From contig OZ024741.1 of the NCBI GenBank assembly GCA_964016885.1, positions 59,954,001-60,018,000 on the forward strand: DNA of 64,000 nucleotides, read 5' to 3'. The stretch comes from Eledone cirrhosa. Taxonomy: Eukaryota. The position numbers and the translations under genes were made by a program. Positions 15,059-28,600 of the stretch are shown piece by piece. The notes beneath the pieces are model-generated. The model was not told where the DNA came from and did not search any database. It saw only the letters and a list, made by a program, of their open reading frames with translations. Each line of letters begins with the position of its first letter. Positions within the stretch are counted from its first letter, which is position 1.

Positions 15059-16787
15059 GAAATAACAGGAGGCTGGACTGGTGTAAATCCTTGAAAGGTT
15101 TATTATACTATGATCATTTCAATGACCGGATTCCATATGAATCCGGTGATATCAGGTATTGGAATATAACAAAGGAATATGTAAAAACCCATGGGTCTGA
15201 AAAGCCATGGGTCCGAGAAACCGAAGACAGAAAGGACGGCTGACCAACTAGCTTCGCAGACAGTCGCCCTCAAAGTGTTGGCAACTGAAAACTACCAGTG
15301 AATATCTGGTGAGGGGCGAAGGCTTATAATGTACTACCACCACTCCGTCAAAGAAGAAGGGGAAGAAAGAAAGAAAGGGAGAAAGAAGTGTAGTGTAAGG
15401 GTCAAACTACATTCATGTTAGAAAATGCCGCGAAGAAAATGCTACCCCCAAAATCTATAATGTGTGTCTGTATGGTCTAATGTGTGAACCGAAGATTGGA
15501 ACGTTAAACTTATGTTGCGAGTTCTCGGGTGAAATTAAATTAAATTAAAAATATTAAATTGCAAAATGGTAAATTGAAAAATAGAGGTAGCTAGATTTAT
15601 TTATTTAATGAACTTACGGAGAGAGTCTTATATGAAAAAAATGTTTAACTCGATAAGATATTAGGATGGGATATAGAGTAAAGATTTCGATTGGGAGTCC
15701 CAGCCAGCACACCCACCACCAGCTAGTCTCGAGTGGTATCGTCCAGCGAAAGAAATGGAAATTAATTTTTCCGAGTACTCTAGGAACATAGCTAACTTTG
15801 GCCCCGGGATGGCTAGCGGGAACTCCACAATTTCGACAGGCCATCGTCTATACCACGAATACTATTAAATCACACATTAGGGGTTTATTTACGTGTCAGT
15901 AGAGGCATGATACAGCTAATAGTTATGCCCATTTCCATTTCTTTCGCTGGACGATACCACTCGAGACTGGCTGACTCATGGTGGTGGGTGTGCTGGCTGG
16001 GACTCCCAATCGAAATCTTTACTCTATATCCCATCCCATCTTACCGAGTTAAACATTTTTTTCATATAAGACTCTCTCTGTAAGTTCATTAAATAAATAA
16101 ATCTAGCTACCTCTATTTTTCAATTTACCATTTTGCAATTTAATATTTTTAATTTAATTTAATTTCACCCTATAACTCGCAACATAAATTTAGCGTTCCA
16201 ATCTTCGGTTCACACATTAGACCATACAGACACACATTATAGATTCTTTGGGTAGCATTTTTTCGCGGCATTTTCTAACATGAATGTAGTTTGACCCTTA
16301 CACTACACTTCTTTCTCCCATTCTTTCTTTCTTCCCCTTCTTCTTTGACGGAGTGGTGGTACTACATTATCAGCCTTCGCCCCATCACCAGATATTCACT
16401 GGTAGTTTTCAGTTGCCAACAGTTTGAGGGTGGCTGGCTGCGCAGCTAGTTGGTCAGCCGTCCTTTCTATCTTTGGTTTCTCGGACCCATGGTTTTTCGG
16501 ACCCATGGCTTTTTACATATTCCTTTGTTATATTCCAATACCTGATGATATCACCGGATTCATATGGAACCCGGTCATTGAAAGGATCATAGTATAATAA
16601 AACTTTCAAGGATTTACACCAGTCCAGCCTCCTGTTATTTCATTTATAATTAACTCCGTATTCGCACCACCAACTACACAAACGAAGATGGGTGAACTGC
16701 ACTGCGTTGAGTACTCTTCACCATATTACACCAGGATTGACCATACGGAAAGACCAGTTCTATCCAGTGGTGAACCAACAAATTTAA

Positions 16788-16790
<3 letters not shown>
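15053..16790. mobile_element. Fold-back PLE pLTR element (family D), arms ~15053-15765 and ~15930-16648, with tail to 16790
   Basis: About 700-bp inverted arms, an HHR motif in each, (TA)n flanks, and an ATG-initiated tail. Confidence 0.88.
16538..16595 (+). ncRNA. Hammerhead motif family D (mirror copy 15105-15159 on minus strand)
   Basis: atac-CTGATGA-ta-tcaccggattcatatggaacccggtca-tt-GAAA-ggatca-TA-gtat. The mirror copy has palindromic tgatca but a 3-nt deletion in the core. Confidence 0.7.
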
Positions 16791-16830
<40 letters not shown>

Positions 16831-16856
16831 GCATACATATATATATATATATAAAT

Positions 16857-16999
16857 ATAACGAAGGGGTTGTGGTAAGGAACCAGATGGACCATAACGCA
16901 TCAGAGTACTCTATATTTAGGGTAGTAGAGTGGGTAATAAGAAAATGCATGACCCCGACGGCAGAGCTCAAGCCGTTTAGACGGCTATTTCCAGAAATG

Positions 17000-17003
<4 letters not shown>
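16857..17003 (-). mobile_element. Truncated family F fragment (3' half of HHR plus tail)
   Basis: Homologous to 38184-38320 and flanked by (TA)n. Confidence 0.75.
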
Positions 17004-17714
<711 letters not shown>

Positions 17715-17719
<5 letters not shown>

Positions 17720-17843
17720 TATATAGGAAAATGTATGACCCCCGACGGCAGAGCCCAAGCCGTTTCGACGGCTATTTCCAGAAATACCCGTAGAAACGGT
17801 TGAGCTCTGCCGTCGGAATCATACATTTTCCTATATATGAATA
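17715..17843. repeat. Small fold-back of family F HHR 3' half
   Basis: Palindrome centred ~17780. The arm reads GAAA-cgg(c)ttgagctctgccg-TC-gg. Confidence 0.8.
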
Positions 17844-17867
17844 TATATATATATATATATATATATA

Positions 17868-18626
17868 GGTTAACATATACATAAAGTTATAGATATATAT
17901 ATGTTGCAACTGGTCACTTTTAAGCTCTATGAAGAATTAATAAATCAGAGCAATATATCATGATTTATGATATATTGCTCTGATTTTATAATTTATTAAT
18001 TCTTCATAGAGCTTAAAAGTGACCAGTTGCAACATATATATATATCTATAACTTTATGTATATGTTAACCTTTATATTTAATAATCTCCCGATAGGTTGA
18101 GATTAAATTTGGCGATATTTGGCTGCGCTTTCTAGCAGCAAGCCTACCCGCGCTAAGCAACCAATCACATTCTTTCTGGCTTGACCACAGCCACATAGCG
18201 ATTCTTAGCCATTTTTGAATCTATTTTTGGCGGAATCGGATTGAAAAACTAGATGTCTGATTTTGATTTTATCTCCTGATGAATCATAACTCAGGACATT
18301 CCTATTATTTGGATGTCTAAAAATACGGATGAAACCATGGTAGAGATATGATTACGGTATGTACGCATTTCTTCTAAGTTTAATTTTACACCTAATTGTG
18401 TATGGTTGATGATATATTAAGTCGGTTTCTACATGCTGTCGAAATGTTGGATAAATACTCGATTGGGGCCACCGCGAAGAGGCTACGTTCGGTTATTTGT
18501 CGGAGATTTCTCCATAAGAGCCTACTTCTTATAGCTTGATATTATTGATCTTTTATATGGTTAATTATGCTAATTAGAAGAATAAATAGTATATATTTTA
18601 TCTGATGATTCTAAAGACATGATTTA

Positions 18627-18634
<8 letters not shown>
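17868..18634 (+). mobile_element. ORF-less HHR element with 5' inversion and 17-bp terminal redundancy (retrozyme-like, ~659-nt unit)
   Basis: catgatttatgatatat occurs at 17959 and 18618. Inverted arm 17868-17958, HHR at 18270-18348, (TA)n flanks. Confidence 0.65.
18270..18348 (+). ncRNA. Type I hammerhead with palindromic stem III (ccatgg), family E
   Basis: atctc-CTGATGA-atc...gat-GAAA-ccatgg-TA-gagat. Confidence 0.8.
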
Positions 18635-18686
<52 letters not shown>

Positions 18687-18722
18687 ATTCTTTGCGTAAA
18701 CTTTAATCTGTTATTTTAATAA

Positions 18723-18778
18723 ATATATATATATATATGTATATATATGTATGCATATATATATATATATATATGTAC

Positions 18779-18839
<61 letters not shown>

Positions 18840-18894
18840 CATATATATATACATATATGTATGCATATATATATGTATGTATATATATATGTAC

Positions 18895-18965
<71 letters not shown>

Positions 18966-19012
18966 TATATATATATATGTGTGTACATATATATATATAT
19001 GTATGTATATAT
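18723..19012. repeat. Long interrupted (TA)n/(CATA)n microsatellite
   Basis: Directly visible, and the source of spurious YIYI ORFs. Confidence 0.95.
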
Positions 19013-19325
19013 TCATTAGTTAAGCAAAACAAGACCACAAATTTCACAAGGAAGACATTATTAAAAGATTGTCAACATAGTTTTAGTTTAATGTAAGAAA
19101 TGCAGAGAATTTTGTGAAATTTGTGGTCTTGTTTTGCTTAATTAATGAATATTTCCAGCTCTGTGCAACTAACCTCTGCATGAACCCAGCCACCTAGCTG
19201 CCTTCCACTGCATAGTGCACATTGAGCACATGCCTTTACGCTTTAGCTTTTAACTAATTCACCAGTCTCTCTTGTCCTCTTCTATCTCCATCTCTCTCTT
19301 TAAGATTGGTTACTCTTGAACTGTG
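19008..19325. mobile_element. Fold-back element with one-sided tail (same family as 63776-64000)
   Basis: Arms 19008-19050 and 19112-19153 are reverse complements. 19112-19325 matches the reverse complement of 63776-63990. Confidence 0.75.
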
Positions 19326-19350
19326 TATGTATATATATATTTTTATTTGT

Positions 19351-19452
<102 letters not shown>

Positions 19453-22400
19453 ATGTATATATATATATATAAACATATGTATACATATATATAATTATGT
19501 ATATATATGTACATACATATACATATATATATATATGTATATATACATGCACACACACATACATATATATGTGTGTGTGTGTGTGTGTATGTGTGTGTGT
19601 GGGGGGGGGGGTCGGTGTGTGTATAGAGAGAGAGAGATAGATAGATATTGGACGCAGCATGACCAAATGGTTCTAGCTTCGATCTCATTGTGTGGCGTTT
19701 TGGGCAAGTGATACGTATCATAGTTTGTAGTAAACTAAGTCGTTGTGAGCGAAATTAGTTTGGCGGAAAATGTTTGCAAGCCCTACCGATGTACTGTATC
19801 TGTATTTTTTTGTGGGTATAGGTGTCTCTGGGTATCTTTTTGTGACGTAATCCAAAGGTTTGACCAAAAGAATCCATACAATAAATACTAGAAATGAAAA
19901 ATATATAATGAGCTTGTTATGATCGGCTAAATCAGGGTAGTGCCCCAGCATTCTCCCAATCTAGTGAAGGTAAACAGTAAAATATTTTTGGTAATACTTT
20001 CTATATTATATTTATTATTTTTAACAGTAAAAGAATACAAAATATAAAAAAGAATCATCGTAGTCTATCAGGAATTGATTTTCCGTCCATACAAATCATT
20101 GCATTGCTAAATAATATTGCAATATTCCCCGACAATAAATCGTAATAAATTCATAGTATAAATTACTATACTCGGGGAAGGAAAACTATTAAAGATTTCC
20201 TGATTGATACAGTATCGATATTTCCTATTATGAAATATTGAATTTATTTTCGAGGCGTATTTTGATTACTTAACACGCTTCATCATACTATCATTAACTG
20301 ATAAGATATTTAGAGTTGTGTGTTGTACCATTGTCGGTTCCGATAACCGGAGTATTCCAGTTGTTTGATCCGTGAAAGACTCTGCTCATTAAAGTTACAT
20401 AAAAGTGGTTGAGTAAAAATTGATTTTTAGGTATTTCAGAGTGTAGCACAGTGTCTCATAAAGAACTACGAAAATAATTCGTTTTGTACCTACTGAATGG
20501 CCTGGAGGTACCGAAATAAAGTGCCTTGTTCAAGTACAAAATACGCTGTCGACAATCGAATTCAAGACTTTACGATCGTGAATGGAACACCGTACCCAAT
20601 AAATCAGGCAATAGAGTACTTGATGCATACAATATAAACTCATTTATAGTTTATCTATAAGAAATGTGACTTACAACCATTAAGTACCGAGATCAATCTT
20701 GAGAAAGTTTCATTTACCATAGCCTCCTCATCTGAAATTTGGTAGTCGGAAACTGTTTGAAATCCCGTCAGATGAACTGAACCTGTGACTTCGAAAGCCA
20801 GCCTTATTATGCATTGCGTCACACTGAATCTCCATAAAGATTATGTTACGGTTACACCATACAGTGTCATCTCCTGTCACTTACACGTTAATTTCATTCA
20901 CTGGCTGTTTTGTTGACCATCACTCACCTTTGTAGATACAAAAAATTTCATTAAGCCATACTCGCTGGTGTCAATGATATTTTCACCAATATTCTATCAA
21001 GGGACATGTCTGTTTTAGGTATTTTATTTATCATCTTCTACCTTTTTGTGCGCTCACCATTGAAACACTAACTAATCCCTCATTTATATGTAATTTACAC
21101 AAACCTATAATGGTTTATAATCCTACACACTACTCGCAAATTCCCCATACACAGCTTCCAATGGTGGAACACATTAAAAATATATTTTACATTACACGTC
21201 CAATATTGTAACACAGATATGGAACAGGAATTGGCCCCTCTTGATGACTCTTTCAGTTGTTAAATTAACGGAACATCCTTCTCGTGAAATTAGCATATAA
21301 GTATCTGAGCATCCAACAGACACAGGTAGCCTTAAGATAATTCTCATGGAGATGTAGACTTACACGGTGTGTGCCAAAGCTGACCCTATGTCTTACAGAT
21401 ATAAATATTCTGACGGGTTTGCAAACCATTTCTTTCTACCCATTTACTCCCAGAAGGTATGCGTCGATTGGCAAACTATGGAAAATGACATTTTTCCAGT
21501 TCGAACACGGAACCCAATGATTTCAAATTACATTTACTCAACTTTTGGCCATGCTGCCTTCGTTATACATATTATCCAGTATAATAGAGTTCCATCATAG
21601 AAACACTCCAATACTATCTAGTGCAATACAATTCCAATATTGTAACACAGAGATATCCAGTGCAACGCACTCACAGTATTGTGACATATTTAGCATTAAA
21701 CGGAGGTCCGTTCCTATCCATTCAATTGATGTAAAGGAATTAAAGTGTTTACAGACCTGTGTTGAAATATTTATTGATCTCTCAATTATCTTAGAATTAT
21801 TTTGAACTCTGCGGAACTCGCTATGAAATACGTTAAATTACTTCCAAATACGTTAAACATTATTTGTTTCTACAAATATAAACTATATTCGCCGGAACGT
21901 TGATTCATTTCATCTGTCGTTAGAAAAATCAGAAATTAGATGTTAGATAAATAAAACGAACACATTTAAAGCTCCCTCCCTATATTTCTGTATAATTGTA
22001 TTCCTACTGGCAACGTCAGTATATATATTCTGCAGACAAATATAACCAAATATTGTACAATTGTTACGAAACTTTGGCTTTCATAATACTCCAGAGATTA
22101 CTTTCCACCGGTTTTAACATTATTAGTCAGATAAACTGAACTGCAAATCTCTTGTGATTAAACTCAAATTTACTTACGTGAACGACAATAAATAGTTTCT
22201 ATAGAGACATAAGCGTTCGGTTTAAATTGCTTTTTATTCAAAATACATCTGAATTTTAATGGCAACTTAAATTACAGCAACATTGACAATATACAAAAAA
22301 TATATATATATACTAAATTGCTTGGTTTGCAATATCGTTAAACAGTGCATTTCAATTGGGAACAATTACTGCTTCGAAATAATGTAATTTGATGACAATT

Positions 22401-22856
22401 TCAAGTATCCTCCAAGAGAAAACGATATGGTTCTTAAAATGTAGCTTCAATTTAACATTTAAAATTGAGCGATTCAATGTACATTCTCGGTAACTTACAA
22501 ATGGAAGTTTCAACAAAATGTCTATCAATTGTTTCCCCGGTTAAAGCTAATTTCTCAATGTTGTAAATCAAACTCTCATTAAGATAGAGTTGCAAGTGAA
22601 AGAATTTAAAATTGTGACGTAGTACCAGCTGTTCTTGCTCAGTCCCTGGGTAAATCTGATATTTCACTAGAAGTAGTCAAAGCACGAGCTGTATGTATAT
22701 GTATGTGTATTTTTCTTTTATTTTTCATTCTCATGAAACACTGGTGTCCGAGGTTTTAAGGTTCATTCCCTACTATAATAAACGTTAAACTAATATATTT
22801 ATTTCTTCATATTACTGTTTTTTTTGTTTGATATGTGTTTCCGTTTACTTATCGCA

Positions 22857-22942
<86 letters not shown>

Positions 22943-23065
22943 TAGGTCGTTTTGCAAGCCTCAACTATATATATATATATATATATATACATAGTGAAGA
23001 AATAAAAATTTTAAGAAATCTATACAATTAATAAGACGTAAATGCACACACACACACACACACAC

Positions 23066-23121
<56 letters not shown>

Positions 23122-23149
23122 GATACCGGACCAAACCGGGTACACATAT

Positions 23150-23262
23150 CAGTGTTCTGACGATTTGGTTGGGAAGTGACTGTAATTAAGGTCGAGTGAC
23201 ATAACATCTAACGATCAGCGACTTTTAGACACACCGGACTAATGAAACAATTGTTAATACTG
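23150..23262 (+). ncRNA. Type I hammerhead with long stem II and caattg stem III (family C relative) in a ~190-bp insert between (TA)n tracts
   Basis: cagtgtt-CTGACGA-tttggtt...ggactaat-GAAA-caattg-TT-aatactg. The downstream tail resembles that of 14700-14760. Confidence 0.78.
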
Positions 23263-23310
23263 TAAATAAACCCCATTGTACAGCTGACCATGTCATTCAT
23301 CATTCTTTTG

Positions 23311-23382
<72 letters not shown>

Positions 23383-24402
23383 CAAGGTATATATTTAGTT
23401 AGGAACTCAAAATAGTCTCTTACAATAAAATAGCTCAAGGAAAGAAATTTTTCCGAGCGGTATAATTGAATATAAAAGAGAGATAAACACAGACATATAC
23501 ATATATATGTTCAAATCGTAGGAGACCAGATTCGCTAAGGTGGAAATGGTACTAACTGTGGACAATAGCCTTTGCCATATTCAATTTAAGAATAAATCAA
23601 GAAAATAAATACAAACCGGAATTATGCTAACTACCAAATCACCCAGACGGCATTTGCCGATGCTGTTTCGCTATCTAATTGTGAAGAGAATTACCAATTT
23701 TTATTGCTCATCAGTCGGTGAAAAATTAGTAAACTCCTCACTTCGAAGTATATCAGTAAACTGAATAGTGTGCGTAAATACAATAACACACATGGTATCA
23801 GAACCTAGCGTGTCTGACAAACTCATACCACTAAAAATATCAGCCAAGTTTACTCGACATTTAAATTAGCTCAACAAAGTAACGGAGCCGAATATATCAA
23901 AGGTATATATTGAGTTAGAAATTCAAGAGACTATTTTGAGTGTCTAACTCAATATATACCTTTGATATATTCGGCTCCATTGATTTGTTGAGCTAATTTA
24001 AATATCGAGTAAACATGGCTGCTATTTTTAATGGTATGAGTTTGTCAGACACTCTAGGTTCTGATACCACGTGTATTATTGTATATACGCACACTATTCG
24101 GTTTTCTGATATACTTCGAAGTGAGTTGTTCAATAACTTTTCACCCACTGCTGAGCAATAAAAGTTGGTAATTCTCTTCACAATTGGATTGCGATACAGC
24201 ATCGGCAAACGCTGACTGGGTGATTTGGTTGTTACCACAATTCCGGTTTCTATTTATTTTCTTGATTTATTCTTAAATTGAGTCTGGCAAACACTATTGT
24301 TCATAGTTAGTATCTTTTTCACCTTAGCTAATATCTGGTCCCTTACGATTTGAACACATATATGTATATGTCTGTGTTTATCTCTCTTTTATATTCAATT
24401 AT
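23383..24402. mobile_element. ORF-less fold-back HHR element built from a ~516-nt terminally redundant unit (retrozyme-like, family H)
   Basis: Minus arm 23383-23922 and plus arm 23927-24402. caa(a)ggtatatatt(t/g)agttag occurs at 23383 and 23898. (TA)n flanks both ends. Confidence 0.8.
23639..23721 (-). ncRNA. Type I hammerhead, family H (mirror 24141-24223 has a mutated core)
   Basis: tcaccga-CTGATGA-gcaat...atagc-GAAA-cagcatcggcaaatgccg-TC-tgggtga. Confidence 0.78.
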
Positions 24403-24423
24403 AATATATATATATATATATAT

Positions 24424-24624
24424 ATATTGTTATACTTCTGGAAGGTCTTATTGTTGTAATATTGCCAGAAATAATAACAGAACATACTCACTGTCTGGTT
24501 GGTTTTCGCTTCTGTATATTTTTTATTTAATTAAAAGAAAATGCCGTAGAAACTACAATACAATAGGAGGAAACATAATAGAACCACTGATGATATTGCA
24601 GATATGCAACGAAAGAACTTTGAT

Positions 24625-24709
<85 letters not shown>

Positions 24710-24916
24710 GTGTAGATATATCTTTATTTTTAACCGTTGTTCAGTCAATGATAAATATTGATTGCCATGGAGATATAACAGATACAGAAGCGAAAACCAA
24801 CCAAACAGTGTGTGCGTTCTGTTATTATTTCTTGAAATATTACAACAATATGACCCTCCGCAATTATAACAATATTTCTTTCGACACACGATTTCATATC
24901 AAAAACCTTGCAAAAC

Positions 24917-24920
<4 letters not shown>
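24424..24920. mobile_element. Mini fold-back of a diverged family B (Neptune-type) pLTR with HHR at 24583-24624 and an internal (TA)n expansion
   Basis: acca-CTGATGA-tattgcagatatgcaac-GAAA-gaac-TT-tgat. Arms 24424-24520 and 24780-24875. The tail encodes MTLRNYNNISFDTRFHIKNLAK, similar to MTLPKYNNIGFNTRFQIKNLAK. Confidence 0.78.
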
Positions 24921-24948
<28 letters not shown>

Positions 24949-25064
24949 ATCTTTCCTACGTACCTCTACACACTATACATCTCATTCTACATTTCCTTTT
25001 ACATCTCTCTCTTCACCACCGGATTCTGTTTACCCATCTGCATTGTCGAGGCTTCCGAAACGAC

Positions 25065-25101
<37 letters not shown>

Positions 25102-25103
25102 TA

Positions 25104-25163
25104 TATTTTATCTGATGAAAGCATACTAAAATTTAGTATCCTTGAAATAAGTATAATAAAATA
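25104..25163 (+). ncRNA. Minimal hammerhead family A in a ~120-bp insert within (TA)n
   Basis: tattttat-CTGATGA-aagcatactaaaatttagtatcctt-GAAA-taagta-TA-ataaaata. Confidence 0.75.
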
Positions 25164-25554
25164 AATATGGTATTATAAAGATATTTTCCATTTATTAATA
25201 TTGTTAATTTTATATGAATATATATATGTATATATATATATAGGAAAAGAGTCAGCACCCCGACGGCTGAGAACCGACCGTTTCGACAGCTAGATCCATT
25301 ATGGTCCAGCTGCTATCTTACCACACGTTCTTTGTTATATATTTATATATATATATATATGGAAAATATGTGAAATCGTAGGTACAGTTAGATATATTTG
25401 AAAAAAAGGAAAAAAATGATTTCACTGCTAAACAATTTGATTTAATTTTATATTATAATATTATGAAATTAAATCAAATTGTTTAGAACTACAAGTGAAG
25501 TCATTATTTTCCTTTTTTCAAATATATATATATATATACACATGTATATATATA

Positions 25555-25620
<66 letters not shown>

Positions 25621-25625
<5 letters not shown>

Positions 25626-28600
25626 CGTTTCTGAATTTGTTTAGCAAGATTCTTTATCTGAAAACGTCTGTTGAAACCGATATTGTTATACTTTGGGAGG
25701 GTCATGTTGCCAATAAGAAACACACGCACCAGAGGCTTTCACTTCTATTTATTATAATAAATTTATAAATTTAGGAATTTATAAATTTCCGGTTGGTTGG
25801 TTGGTTCCACAACCAGATGGTTATTTATATATTGTCAAAGTTCTTTCGTCACACATTCTGTGACCTCTTCAGTCACTGGGGATTCTTTTCTTTGTTTTTG
25901 TGCCTCTCCTTTGTTCTGTCCTACGCCATTTTGTTTCTGTGTGTGTGTTGTGTGCTCAGTCTGCGCATGCGACACATCCGGGTGTCTGTGTGTGTTTATA
26001 TTCGTTTATTTATTTGTTTATTTACATGTTACAGGTTGGTGTTTGTTCTATGTGCGTGTGTGTTTTCATTTTGTCCTTAATTGTAAGTTGTGATGTTGCT
26101 GTTCCACTCATATTTTCTATTTAATTTTGGTTGTAATTCTTTTATGTTTATTGCCTCTGTGATTTGTCTAAACATTGCGTCTTTTCTGTGTGTACATTCT
26201 ATTTTTATTTCTATGTTCTTTAATTTACCCTTATGTTCTATTTTAGCATGTTGGTAGAGTACAGATGATTCTTTACTATCTTGAAGGTCTCGCCAGTGTT
26301 CATTTATGCGTTCCCCTACACTACGAGCTGTCTCACCTATGTACACTATATTTTTGTCTCTACATTGTCCTTCAGTACATCTTATGCTATATACTACATT
26401 TCTAGTTCTACAGTTAATATGGGGGCTTAATTTACAGGTTATACATTTCTTATCTATACAGGGGAGTCTTTGAAAAGGGTATGTCTTGCTAATAAGTGTT
26501 TTTTACGGAGGTACCTGGTCTTTCTACTTCTTAATATTGAGTTTATGTTTATCTAGGCCCATTTGGTTCTGGCTCCTCTATACACTCTGATTTTATCTCT
26601 CTGATTGTAACCAGAGAACTGCATACGGTGGATGAAGTGTTGTATGTGTCTCTCTAGTTATTCGGGGTTGCACATGCGGGACACGTTTCTCATCACCCGT
26701 ACCAAATCCGCAATCTTGTATGTTGATTTTGGTATGGTCCGAAACAGCTGAGTTTCGGTGGATCAGATATTTGGAAGTCATGGGTTTGGCATAATGGGAA
26801 TGGGGGATTTGTTTTCTTGTTATTAATGGTATCTAACCAGAGCTCTGTGTCTAGCACAGGTAATCGATGGTTGGGGTGTTTACTTGGGTAGTCTTTCGTA
26901 ACTCTAATACTCTAGTGGATGGAGTTAGCTATTTGCTGGATGCTTTACATTGTGTTTTTCTCTAATTCCTGACAATTCTCTAGTGGGGGTGTTTTAACTA
27001 CGATGTTTATATCATCAACGTAGCGGGAGTAGATTATCAGGGTTAAGGGGTCTTCTAATTGTTCTTTAAGTTTAAGTTTAAGTCTACTGTCCCACCATAC
27101 CATGAATAAGTTAGCTATGTCGCCTGCAATGCTAACACCAATGGCTGCTCCTTCTTCTTGGGCATATGTTTTTCCATTAAATTTGAACATATGTTCCTTA
27201 AGGGAACTAATATATACGGCAACACTGCAGTAGTCCCTGATGAATTATCTGTATTACAACTACCGCCTAAATATGCGACATTCAAGAAGGTAAATATGAT
27301 TAGTTGTTTGTCAGAAATAGAAAAATCATTTACAAAATTACGTTGGAGCCTCAAAATCAAAAACAAAAACAAAAGTAACAACATATGCACACACATGTAC
27401 AACATACATCCCAACAACAACAGATACACAGACACAAACAACAATAACAACAACACACATCAACAATAATAACATACTCAGAAACAACAACAACAGACAC
27501 CCAGACACAAACAACAATAACAACACACACAACAATAATAACACACACGGAGACAACAACAACAACACACATCAACAACAGCACACATCAACAACAACAA
27601 CAACAACACACACACATTCAATGCCTCTCACCACCACCACAATCTTAGAAACACACAGACACAGAAAACAAGTAATGCCAGTAGCACAGAAATAAGGGAA
27701 GGTAATAGGATTAAAAGCAGAAGGGAGACTATGGACAAAGAAAATAACCAAGACGAACACACAGACACACAAAATAGAGTAGATAATAACAATGAGCCAG
27801 TGGAAAGAGACAGGAGTAATAATGAGAGAAATAGAAACAACCATGTGGCTGTTGGTGGAAATAGAAATAGAAACAACACAACTAACAATAATAATAGCAC
27901 TAGTACACATAAAGCAGCAGCCTGGAACTCTACTTTTTATAATCCCTCCGATAAGTCGTTCGACCTGCGACGAGTCCACGCCACGACTTTACCATTTAAC
28001 AAACGCATGCAATTGCCGTCGCAGGTCGATGAACAAACAGAAGCACAATTTGGTTTAGCTAGATCCGAACTTAGAAATATTATAGAACAGTACAGCAAGA
28101 AGCATAATAGAATGGAGGCCCTGCAACTGGGTGAAAAATCTGCAAATGGCTTGCGTAAGCTCATGCAGCGCTCGCGTAATGGAGAGATAGCATGCTTTCC
28201 AACAGACAAGTCTAGCAGAATGTCGGTTGACAGCCTGCGAAACTATACCAGGCAATGCAACCCCACATCACTAACACAAGAGAAGTAACACCACAGGAGC
28301 ATGAGAATAGAGAAAAAGCCCTCAATGCCCATATGGTGATGTGGACAAATATAATGCAGCCCAACAAAAGGACTGCCAGCAACTTCCAGGCCTGGAACAA
28401 GGATGTGCCTGCGATTATGGGCTTCGAAAAGACCATAAAAAAGGCAGTGACCCTGCCACGGGACCACCAACACGGCCAGTCTGTAGAGCTAACATTGCTA
28501 GTAACTACAGACTGTACTACTTCCTCTCCCTGATCATACGCCCCATCATTGAAATGTCCCCAGATGTATGTGACAGCACGGAGGAACTCCTCAGCAGAAT

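Noticed and set aside
21950-22680. Possible degraded hAT transposase (LQLYLNES resembling LQLDES)
   Set aside because: Single weak motif and no terminal inverted repeats found.
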